Positions 53,770-64,000 of a DNA stretch of 64,000 nt are shown here, piece by piece. The position numbers were made by a program, and so were the translations under genes. Origin of the DNA: Callorhinchus milii (taxonomy: Eukaryota); NCBI RefSeq assembly GCF_018977255.1, contig NW_024704743.1, positions 62,126,001-62,190,000 on the forward strand, read 5' to 3'. Each line of letters starts with the position of its first letter. Positions within the stretch are counted from its first letter, which is position 1. The notes beneath the pieces are model-generated. The model saw nothing but the letters and a program-made list of their open reading frames with translations, had not been told where the DNA came from and did no database searches.

Positions 53770-54130
53770 AGAAACATTGTCTGCCTCTACCACTATCTCC
53801 CCAGTCAGGCCGTGGAGACCTTCATCCACACCTTTATCATATCCAGGCTTGACTACACCAACGCTCTGCTCACTGGACACCTCAGCTGTTCCCAGCACAA
53901 GTTACAGCCCCCCCGCCTCTCCCTCCCTATGGGGGGAGCCACTGGAGCTGAATGAGGAAACCTATCACCCCATCCTCGCTCAGCTCCAGGGGCTCCCCCC
54001 ATGTCCGAGTTCAATAGCCTCATTCTCACCTATCATTTAATTCCCTGCAAGTCTTGCCTCTCCCATACCTCTGCAACCTCAATCAACCCTGAAGACTCGG
54101 CCACAACATTCGCTCAGCCTGCTTCATGTC
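53770..54130 (+). mobile_element. L2 LINE fragment
   Basis: IHTFIISRLDY, PITPILAQLQGLP. Confidence 0.8.
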
Positions 54131-54660
54131 TCCCACACTACCCAACTCACCCCAAAAAATCTGAATAATAATTTGGTGACTCAATTCATGACTGTTTGTG
54201 GGACACTGCTCTGCACAATCGACTGCCGTGTTTTGACCACAAAATATACAATCAATTCACTTCACAGTATATTCTGTGAAGCTCTTTGAGACGCCTCAAA
54301 GACGTGAAAAGGTGCTATATCAAATGTAAGGATTATTATTATTATTATCAGCAGGCTTTCAGCTATTCTTCCCCCATTCTCTGGGCTTTCATCCTGGAAT
54401 CCCTCCAACTGTCTCCCTCCCTCACCTCTTTCAAGTCGTGTCTCAAAATGTACCTCTTTGACTGTGCTTTCAGACATCTTTCCCCTGCCCATCCTTCTTG
54501 GTTCCCACCAGCAGCTCAATTGCCCATCCAGCACTGTGAAGTGCTTTTCTGAAGTGAAAGGCACAATATAAATACAAATTTTATTGTACTGATGGAGTAT
54601 TTGTACCCATTATTATGGAACTAGAGAATGGAACAATTTTTGCCACCCAGCATTCATACC

Positions 54661-54970
54661 GTGGAGTCCTGCAGCTCAGTGGTTAGAGCACCCGCCTTGC
54701 AAGCGAGAGACTTGGATTCAATTCCCGACAGGGGGAAACCTTGGGCAGGTTTCCTTACTCCACACGCCCGATAATAATCCCTCAAGAAAAAAAGCAATAA
54801 CAATTTGGTCACTCAATCCACGACTGTTTGTGGGACATTGCTGTTCGCAATTGGCCGCTGTGTTTCGCCCACAAATATACAGTAAATTCACTTTACAGTA
54901 TATTCTGTGAAGCGCTTTGAGACGTCTAGAAGACGTGATAATGTGCTATATCAAATGCAAGGATTATAAT
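54661..54970 (+). mobile_element. tRNA-Ala-derived SINE, full length (TAGAA-loop subfamily)
   Basis: A/B boxes, body and tail. Confidence 0.92.
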
Positions 54971-55924
54971 AAAAACCTTCAGATCAGGTATTATACAAAA
55001 TGTAATTTTGTTGTTGTTGTTGCATGGCCAAATATAAAGTAAAGTTTACCTCTCCCCTGCTTCCAAGCTGGAGAGAATTGAGTTGGCATAAGGTGGAGTG
55101 AAGGTTATTAATTATGAATTTAGCCTCCTTCTCTGAAAATCCTGAATCTTTTAAGCAAAACATAATTTTCCATAATCCTAGGCTGCCAGTATCACCATAT
55201 GGTCACCTTTAGCAGCCAGACATCTAATTTGTGACTTTAAAACGGTTAAATAAATAATTTAAAAATTGGGTTTTGTTTCAATGGATTATATTAACATCAG
55301 TGGAAGCAAACCTGGCAAAATGTGGAAATGCCACGCTGTGAATGCAGAGGAAAACTAAAAAAAACCTTAGGTTTAATACAGTGACTTGTCCTATTGAATC
55401 ATCTCAACTTTCTTTAATCTGTAATGAGTTATAATGATTGGAGCAATGACTCTCAAACTGTGATAAATCAAATGACCAATTAATCTTCATCTGGAGAAGA
55501 GAAAAATATTGACTAGAACTCCCTGTTTATCTTCAAAATAGTATTGCTGTTAATGTGGCACAGATAATAATCCTTGCATTTGATATAATACCTAATCTAT
55601 TTTGTTCAACATCAGCCTGGCTCATTTGGTAGCATGCTGGCTTCTGAGTCTGAAACTCGTGGGCTCAAATCTCACTCTAGGAGTTTGAACTCATATTGCT
55701 GGCAGAGGTTCTGTCCTTTGGAGATATTAAACTGAGGTCCCAACTGCCTCATCAGATTGATATTAAATATTCCATGGAACTATTCATAATGGGAATTTTT
55801 CCTGGTGTTTTGCAATCCTGCAGATTAAAGTGGTTATTCACTGCATGACTGTAGTAATAATAATAATAATAAATACCTTGCATTTGGTATTTGGTATAGC
55901 ATTCTATCACATCTTCTTGGATAC

Positions 55925-56328
55925 AGTTCAGGATCCTGGTGCTTTCCATGGCCTTGCTCTCCTATCTCTGCGATCTCCTAAACCCCTAACATCCTGCTCA
56001 CTCCTTTCGCTCAGTGGGCTCTGGCCTGCTTCATGTTGCCCACATCGCTCGCCTACCATTGGCGGGCGAGCTTTCTGCCACTCTGCCCCCATCCTTTGGA
56101 ACTCCATCCCGCCATCCCTCCACCTCACCCCCTCCCTTGCCACCTTCAAGACCCATCTCAAAACCCTCCTCTTCAATCATGCTTTCAATTACCCTGCATC
56201 CCCCCCTGCCCTCCACCCTCCCCAATCCCACCCCCCCAGCTCGTGTCCGAAATACTGTCTGTCCAATGCCTTGTGACGTCCTCTCGACTTCTAAGGCGCT
56301 GTACAAATGTAATTTTGTTGTTGTTGTT
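55925..56328 (+). mobile_element. L2 3' fragment inserted inside an antisense SINE (SINE halves at 55855-55920 and 56329-56457)
   Basis: GGRAFCHSAPILWNSIP..FKTHLKTLLF and (TTG)n; the SINE sequence is contiguous once the L2 is removed. Confidence 0.85.
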
Positions 56329-57152
56329 CTAGGCATCTCAAAGCGCTTCCCAGAATATACTGTAAAGTGAATTGACTGATTATTTGTGGGCAAAACGCGG
56401 CAGCCAATTGCACACAGCAGTGTCCCGCATACAGTCGTGGATTGAGTGACCAAATTAGTACTATTTATTTATTAAATGCAATTGTTGTAGAGTCGTAGTT
56501 TGGAAGGATGAGATTGAATGGGCCAAAGGGCCTTCTTCATCAAAATTTAGGGATCTTATTTGTGTTTGAAGTCAACAAAAAACCACATACATGATAATTC
56601 TGGTCCTCCTCAATTTACAAACCAAAAGTGGAGGAATTGCTAAATATGTACAGAGTAGAGATATAAGATTAATTCATTTTATTTTTTTGTAAGGGCATCA
56701 GAGACACCAAAAGGGTTCCGTAAGTGAATGAATAGAAGAGTGGGATTAATTAGGTAGAGAAAAAACACCGGTGAAGATGAATAGGTTGAATGATCTGTGT
56801 CCGTGCCACAATGTCCTATGATTCTATGATTCCTTTAAGTATTTGACTCCAATAAAGCTGCTTAACTTTTCTGGGCACGTTCATTTATTTCGAGAACTAT
56901 GCTTTTTCAATAGATTTTTTTCTTCAAACAACTTTCATCTTACTTTCTGCCAATTCTATAAAAAATAATATTCTTCTCGAGCATCAAAAAAAGACGCAAA
57001 CCCAAAGACTGGTGGTGTAAATGAGAAAACCTCATGTTATTTTCAAACTTCTGAGCTGATATGGTAGCTGAACAATGATAGCTGAACAATAATTAGAGCA
57101 GTGTCACTCATTATCAGGTTCAGGACGTGATGAGTGGTGAAGGTTAGCTCTC

Positions 57153-57386
57153 TCAGGGAATTTTCCCATTTTCAAGTATTAAGGCCATCAAGATAACTCT
57201 ATGTGTTTCTCCAAAGTAGTCTGTCTGAAGGCGATTGATGCTGGCTATGGATGCCAATGACTCCTCAGCCAGTTGTGATTTCAGCTGGCTCCTTGCCAAT
57301 GCCTTGCTGCTGGCAACTTTGCAATGTTCTCCTGTTGTCATCTCCTGTTTTTCACCATCCTCTTGCTTGGTAATGTTGAAACTGCG
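57153..57386 (-). CDS. Candidate coding exon or coding remnant (RSFNITKQEDGEKQEMTT...LAEESLASIASINRLQTDYFGETHR...)
   Basis: Strong acceptor ttatcctttaccctccAG, 77 open codons, protein-like composition; donor unclear. Confidence 0.35.
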   Translation of the reverse strand, partial: RSFNITKQEDGEKQEMTTGEHCKVASSKALARSQLKSQLAEESLASIASINRLQTDYFGETHRVILMALILENGKIP

Positions 57387-57489
57387 CTGGAGGGTAAAGG
57401 ATAAATCTTTCATTATAAAACTGTAGCTTTTTTTTCATTTGTGATTGAGCAACTGTGACTGACAATAATTTGTAATATTCTACTAGGTG

Positions 57490-57810
57490 CCAGCCTGGCA
57501 CTCTCGCCTCTGAGTCAGAAGATTATTGGTTCAAAACACAGGTTAGGACTTAGATCTCACAGTCTGAGATGATACTCCAGTTCAGTGCTGGGGAAGTGCT
57601 GCACTGTTAGAAGTGTCGTCGTTCAGATGAGATGTTAAACCGAGGTTTGGACTTCTACTCAGACCCTCTGGCACTGCTGGAAAAGTGAAGAGAGTTTCTC
57701 CCAGTGTCCTGGCTAACTATCCCCAGATAAAAATGGTCCCTCACTTCACGGCTGTTTGTGGGACAATGTCGTGTGCTTAATGGCTGATGTGTTTGTCAAT
57801 AAATACAGCA
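57490..57810 (+). mobile_element. Old Deu-domain SINE
   Basis: CTCTCGCCTCTGAGTCAGAAG head; GTTCAGATGAGATGTTAAACCGAGG Deu core. Confidence 0.8.
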
Positions 57811-58023
57811 CTAAAGCAAGCTATTTGGCCTATCAAGTTTGAGCTGGTATTTTCCTGCACAAGAGTCATCTAAACCACTCTGTTGCTCCCTGCTTGCCAT
57901 CTTCAATATTCGTCTTTTTCAAGCATTTATCTAATTCCTTTTAAAAATATTTGTAAGTTCTGCTTCAATAATGGCTTGTGGCAGAGAATACCACATTCTA
58001 CCCTGTGTAAAGAAATATTTCCT

Positions 58024-58337
58024 AATAATAATAATAAATAATCCTTGCAGTTGATAAGGCGCTTTTCACGTCTTCTAGACGTCTGAAAGCGCTTCACAGA
58101 ATATGCTGTAAAGTATATTTGTGGGTAAAACGCCTGCAGCCAATTGCGCACAGCAGTGTTCCACAAACAGTCATGGATTGAAAATGACCAATTTATTATT
58201 TTTGTTTTGTTTTGGAGGGATTATTATTAGGCGTGTGGAGTAAGGAAACTTGCCCAAGGTTTCGCCCTGCCTGGAATTGAACCCAGACGTCTTGCTTGCA
58301 AGGTGAGTGTTCTAACCACTGAGCTACAGGACTCCAC
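58024..58337 (-). mobile_element. tRNA-Ala-derived SINE, full length, nested in an antisense CR1 remnant
   Basis: A/B boxes and (TTA)n tail. Confidence 0.92.
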
Positions 58338-59410
58338 CTTTAATCTCTCCTTTAATTATTTCTGTCATTGCATTAAATTGGTGCCCTTGTTACTAACTTG
58401 CTGAAAAGGGGAGGGGAGAAAATTGGAGGCAAAAATTGGACAGAAAAAAGGCTCATTAGTGCATAGGGAAGGAGACTGGAAGGCAATGTAGGGAATTCAA
58501 AGGCATCGCTCTTAACATTGTACAGTACTCAGATCTACTCAGCCACTACTGAAAATCTCCCCAAAGGGAAATGAAGGGATAGACTCGCAAATGCTTCTGC
58601 ATCAAATGCGGTTTGGTAGTGTGGATCCACCTAGTTCAGGGCTGTTGGTGGGAAGTGGCTTTAGGTACTAGTGAATTTAGATGCAAATAAATGTTCAATT
58701 ATGTGTGTGCTGTGCATTCTGTTGAGCTCAGGAAGTGTGGCTATTCTCTTTTTATTTTGATCGCTATTGAACAAATTAGAGAGAGACTGCAGTGAGTATC
58801 TGTTGAGGCAAAATGAGTATGGGGTGGGAATAATTGTCTCACTCACTCTTTGTAAATGCACGGATTATTATTGTTATACTATTATTGTTATTATTGTTAA
58901 CTCCCTCAGCACAAGGCACAGAATTGTAAGTGATATTACTGCCTGGAGCAAGTTTCAAAGGCAATAAAAGTTGTTTGTGAGGTTTCGCTGTCGGCTTTCT
59001 GTGCAGGACTTTCTGAATAGCTGAATAGTGGGGGTTTCGGCCACAAATATACAGTCAATTCACTTTACAGTATATTCTGTGAAGCGCTTTGAGACGTCTA
59101 GAAGACGTGAAAAGTGCTGTATCAAATGCAAGGATTATTATTATATATTATATTATATTATATTAATTATATTATATTATACTAGAGTGTTGTGATGCAT
59201 ATGTGGCAGCTCTTGGGTTCTTGGCATAAGCACAGAGGCCAAGCTTGGGTGTTGGCAACTCTCATGGACATGGATTAGAGCAGTTGTCTGGATATTGAAT
59301 TGTTGAACGCTGCCTGCTATTGCAGCGATTCTCCATATACTTTGGTCATACAGTATTTTGTACTTTTTGTAACTACCATGCGGAGCAATAAATACATAAG
59401 TAAAATTTAC

Positions 59411-59486
59411 AAGAAACTTTTTTGCCATTCTAATGTTTTGTACATCACTGCGGATGTTTGATTGACAGATCTGTGCTGCCATCTCG
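59411..59486 (-). CDS. Candidate internal exon (EMAAQICQSNIRSDVQNIRMAKKFL)
   Basis: AG acceptor, GTAAAT donor, ends in phase 0, compatible with the acceptor at 57386. Confidence 0.28.
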
Positions 59487-61088
59487 CTTGGCATTTAAAA
59501 TTATATTGTTCAGAACAGCTAACTCATAAATGTATTTACTTTATTGTTGGTTACTGGGTTCTGATTTGCGACAGCATTTCTGTCCCCCAATGAAACGTCA
59601 TACTGGAAGGCGTTCTCATCAGAGCAGAGCTCATGCGGTCAACATAACATACTTCCAGTTATCAGAAGTATGTTCCCATTTGTGCGATATTAATGAATTC
59701 CATTAAGAAACACAAGCTAAGGTGACATGAGTTTTCAAGCCAATGAGATCCATCACTTGGGGATCAATAAGAGGAATAAGCAAGGAAAAGACCACAAGAT
59801 TACCAGAGAGTTTTGAATGAAGAAAACCCTTGGGACTCATTCTTCCAGATTACCGAACCTACCAGCAATCCATTGTAGCATCCTGGCTTGAACCACCCTT
59901 CCTGGTAACCAACTCCAATCTTATACCTTCTAAGTAAAGATTTTTTTTGGTCAGCTAGGTGTCTGACACATGCAGGCACCCATCACCATGCTTAAGAGTA
60001 TCCAAACGAAGCTGAGATTTCCATGCATCCCACCTACACATGGAAATTCCAGAGATAGCTTGTTGAAATGGAATGCATACTCTCTTCCTGGAAGGGAGTA
60101 TGCTGCTTACCTAATTCCAGAACGTATTAGATGCAAGTTGCTTGTCCAGTCCCTTTGCAACTCTATACCAGTGACCTCCTGTTAAAATAATAAAAAATAA
60201 TCCTTACCTTTGATACAGCACCTTATCACATCTTTGAACCTTCTTAAAATGCTTGCATGTAGTACGCCTGAGGGGAGAGATAGTAGATTTTACTGTGCAT
60301 CTTTGCTACAAGAGCTTGAACAAAAAAGAATATCCGTTAGAACTAAAGATGATGTTACTTTGACTGTTTGTTGACTGCTACACAAGAATAATTTATTAGT
60401 ATAGTATTATTATATATCTGAGCACTATGGTCACTTTGGTGACTTTGTTGTGGAATATTTCCTAAACTAAAATTATTGACTGGAAAAGAACCATGTCCTG
60501 TCCTTGACTCTCCCCCATAAATGTTCTCAACCCTTGACAACCCTGGTATTATTTTAGAGTTTACACTGGATTTCAGATGTTTCCTGTTACTCTCACTTTC
60601 TGCAAAAGGTGGTCTGGCCTTGAGAACAATACGTTCTATTTATCTGGTACTAAAAATAATAACATAAGACTGACTGCCGGGCAAGTCCTCTGCTAGATTG
60701 CCTCGCTTAGCTTAATTCATCTCCTACATTTATTTGACTCCTGAAAAGCTGCAGCAAAGTGGCTTAAAGCCAAATGGGAACAGCTGGTGAAGAAGTCATA
60801 AACAGGGCAATTTCCATATAAAATGGAAATGTAAAAGTCAACGGCAAATGTTGTATCTGCTTAGTTCAAACATAGTTACATCTTAAATTCCAGAGACCAC
60901 TGCAATAAATCTCTCGCTGCTCCACAAACATGGGCAGATACTTGCGAAGCTTTTTGGTATGAGGAATTGGTTTAAAACCTACTTGAGAGCTGATGTGGTG
61001 CTGACTCAATTGGTAGCCCTCTCACCCCCAAGTTGAAATTTTTGTGAGTTCAAGATGCACATTGGGGCTTTAATCTCATGGTCTAGAC

Positions 61089-61225
61089 CAGGGTGGTCCA
61101 ATCTTTTGGCTGCCGAGGGCCAGATGCCCTATTTGAGAAACATCCGAGGGCTGCATAAGCAATATTTTATGTTTCCCTTCCAGAAACATAATATTTATGG
61201 GTTATCAGTGACAGAATTTTAAAAA
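61089..61225 (+). mobile_element. hAT (Charlie-like) left end inserted in a Deu-SINE; right end lost
   Basis: GTCTAGAC target followed by CAGGGTGGTCCAATCTTTTGG..GAGGGCCAGAT. Confidence 0.65.
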
Positions 61226-61325
61226 AGAGTTTTCCCTGAGCCCTGGACAATAATCCTCCATATAAAATTAATTATTCACCACATGGTGGGGCATTGCTCT
61301 GCACAAATTGTCACGTTTACCTACT

Positions 61326-61643
61326 GTGGAGTCCTGTAGCTCAGTGGTTAGAGCACTCGCCTTGCAAGCGAGACACGTGGGTTCAATTCCAGGCAGCGCG
61401 AAACCTTGGGCAAGTTTCCTTACTCCACACACGTAATAATAATAATCCCTCCAAAAAAAAACAATAATAAATTGGTCATTTTCAATCTACGACTGTTTGT
61501 GGGACATTACTGTGCGCAATTGGCTGCTGCGTTCGCCCACAAATATACAGTCAATTCACTTTACAGTGTGTTCTGTGAAGCGCTTTGGGACGTCCTCCCA
61601 ACATGAAAAGCGCTATATCAAATGCAAGGATTATTATTATTAT
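61326..61643 (+). mobile_element. Young tRNA-Ala-derived SINE, full length
   Basis: A/B boxes and (TTA)n tail. Confidence 0.93.
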
Positions 61644-62537
61644 AAATATGCAATCACTATTCCTTACAGAAACTTTGTAAAGCACTTTGAGACATTAAAG
61701 GTGTTACAACTACTGTAAGAATTATTGTTATAATTGTTGTTTTAAGCAGTCTGGGATGTGAAGGGCACCACAGTATATAAATGCAAATTGTTGTTATTGT
61801 TAGCTTCTAAAGATCAGGAACCAGGGTTTTTGGAAACTAAATTCTCACATACAGATTAACACACTTCTCCTCAACCCATGTTGATTTATGTTGAATAAAA
61901 TCTTCAGCTAAAATAATTACTGCAAATCTTTTATATTCTTCGGCTTTGTTGTTTCTTTATCATGTCCTGATCTCGCTCACTCCCTCCACTCTTTCAAGGC
62001 ACATCTTAAATACCTCTTTGACGGTGCTTTCAATCATTTTTCCCTCCCCACCACTCTTGACTCCCAACCATAGTTTGGGTGCCCATCGAGCACTGTAAAT
62101 GTTCTTTAGGATGTCCTGTTGTGAAAGCCATGTAAATGTAAATTGTATTGTATTGATCTTACTTTCCACATTGTGTCAATGTGTCTCATTTTTACCCTGT
62201 TCTGCTTCACCTGGCTACCTCTTTTGCTCTCACAGTCCATAAGGAAAACAGTGACCAAACACAGAAGCTTCAGTGTGAAACAAAGAAAGTATTTGTATTT
62301 TTAATGCATCATAATCATGTTGAAACATCTCAAAGCTCTTCACTGGTAGTTAGTCCAATATAATGGCTGCATTTGCAGGCAAACGTGGCAGCCATTTGCA
62401 GCAGCAAAGTCCTATATAAATACAATGTGTTGTTGTTGTTGAAATTGCCCTTTTCAGTAAGGTTTTACCTGTTGTCATATGTGTAAGTATTGTTGTGGGT
62501 TGGTTTCTTCAATCCCATTTAAAACCTTACTGAAAAC

Positions 62538-62758
62538 CAGTGGTGGCCAACCTGTGGCTCACGGACTGAAATTGCCCATGGGGTCGTCAAGGAGAGTTCC
62601 CTGAATGTTCACATGAGTCAAGGTTAGTCCGTGTTCAACCGGTAGTGTGTTTTCATTTTTTTCTTGATTGAATATTTCTTGATTTATGGTATAAATGAAG
62701 AAATATTCAATCTTGAAAATGTATTTTGTTGGCTGACCATAAAGGTTGGCCACCACTG
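62538..62758. mobile_element. hAT-type MITE, 221 bp
   Basis: Perfect 16-bp TIR CAGTGGTGGCCAACCT / AGGTTGGCCACCACTG; no intact 8-bp TSD. Confidence 0.8.
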
Positions 62759-64000
62759 TTATATAAAGTATCTTTATAAGGTCCCTTATAAGGCATCGCT
62801 TTTCAAGGTTGAAGTGTTCCAGCTTGACTAATCATTGCTCATAGCTCATTCTTCTGACATTCAGGACACCACATTCTTCAGTCAGTGAAACCATTTTTTT
62901 GAGAGGTAATTTCAGAAGAACAATTGCTATTTGAAGAAAAATGAGGAAAAGAAAGCTTGTGGGACAAGACGGAGAACAAACAGCTAAACAGATGAGAAAC
63001 TTAGATTTGTATCAAAAGGTGCCTGTTTGACTGGGCTTTTAATGATCTTTCTTTTCATCCACCCCCACCCCTGACTCCCACCATTATCTCAGTGTCCATC
63101 CATCAAATGACACACTTTGAGACGTCCTCCCGACGTGAAAGGCACAATAAACTGTTGTATTGTATCTAGTTCCATGAAAGATGGGCTTGGCAGAGTCTCT
63201 CTAGATATGGGAACAGTATTCACGTTGGATGGACTTAGGTTTTATAAGGAGTTGAGAGCTGTTGATGAGAAAATAAATATTTATCACAAAAAGGAAAACG
63301 ATAACAATCCTTAGCAAATGGAATTGTAAGAATTCCAATTTAGGAACGAGGCACAGTAACTAGAAATAGCCTTTATTTTCAAGCTTCTGTCCCTTTAACA
63401 GTTGACTGGAGCATTCAGGACCCTCACAAATAGAGTATCGTTGGAATCTGCACTTGCCAGTATTCTTAAAGTCTTCATAAATATCTCGCCTGCTGCATGC
63501 TAGATTAATTTGAGATTAATGAACCAGAAATGCATGAACTGACTATTAAATTGCACATTCTTTATGCTTTTCACCTCAAATTGTTGTTGCCAAAATTTCC
63601 TGCAGCATCACTCATGAATAATCACTTGGTTTCAGACAGGCACAACCATTTCCAAGTGATTATTTATGGATTGTAATGAAGGTCACTGCAGAGTCGAAGA
63701 TTTAATATGATTGTCTGCTTTCAACCAACAGTGGAGCCGTAATGAAAGATGAGGCAATGTTATTGGTAAGCAAGAGTACAGCAGGTGGGACCACATGCTA
63801 TTCTAAGTTATTAGAATCACTCTGGTTCATACTGCTCCCTAAACAGAAGACAGCATTTTAATATCTTCAGTGCTTTTATTGTTAAGTTTTATTCATTTTT
63901 GGGGAGGATTAAAAGCTGATTATTAGACAATATTTCACATTGACTTTCTTTTTTATATTGTATTTATTAGGTTCATACTAGTAGTAAGGCTTTATAGAAA

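Noticed and set aside
57153..59486. Assignment of the candidate exons to a named gene (GREB1-like, CatSper auxiliary subunit, TOP6BL and others considered)
   Set aside because: Only trivial short matches from memory; no gene symbol can be supported
59550..59635. Minus-strand CTGATGA...GAAA as a hammerhead core
   Set aside because: Stem II closing pair and the NUH cleavage triplet do not form
59646..59674. 10-bp inverted repeat (and a 9-bp one near 46522)
   Set aside because: Short AT-rich hairpins are expected by chance in 64 kb
61326..61400. tRNA-Ala(TGC)-like sequences at SINE 5' ends
   Set aside because: No proper acceptor stem, and they always continue into SINE body and tail; they are SINE heads, not tRNA genes
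2139..61718. Recurring ORFs 'MGKFPYSTHLIIIPPKPKTIINWSF...[10 protein letters not shown]' that look like a multicopy small-protein family
   Set aside because: They are chance translations of the non-coding SINE (TTG start, TAT-repeat tail) and are frameshifted between copies

Overview
AT-rich vertebrate genomic DNA, most likely a cartilaginous fish (holocephalan such as Callorhinchus; inferred from the repeat families, not from a search). It contains no prokaryotic operons, CRISPR arrays or rRNA. Most ORFs in the track are transposon debris. The window is dominated by 5'-truncated L2 and CR1 LINE fragments, nine full-length copies of a young ~320-bp tRNA-Ala-derived SINE with an L2-type tail, and older Deu-domain SINEs. 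Less common elements: (1) an internally deleted Ginger2-type (KRBA2/SCAND3-like) DNA transposon, 47295-48983, with TGT..ACA long TIRs, a TATA TSD and a SINE inside one TIR; (2) a 2-kb Tx1/L1-clade retrotransposon with a 13-bp TSD; (3) an R4/Dong-like restriction-endonuclease LINE end that abuts a (TAA)n SINE tail; (4) hAT-type ends; (5) two unclassified old repeat families; (6) two minisatellites. The unique DNA between repeats holds a series of short AG..GT-bounded open frames on the minus strand, several of them phase-compatible. These may be exons of one large gene that I cannot identify. That call is tentative, because such frames also arise by chance. I found no clear evidence of a wholly new biological system; the best leads are listed under findings. 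TE boundaries are read by eye and are approximate unless a TSD is given.
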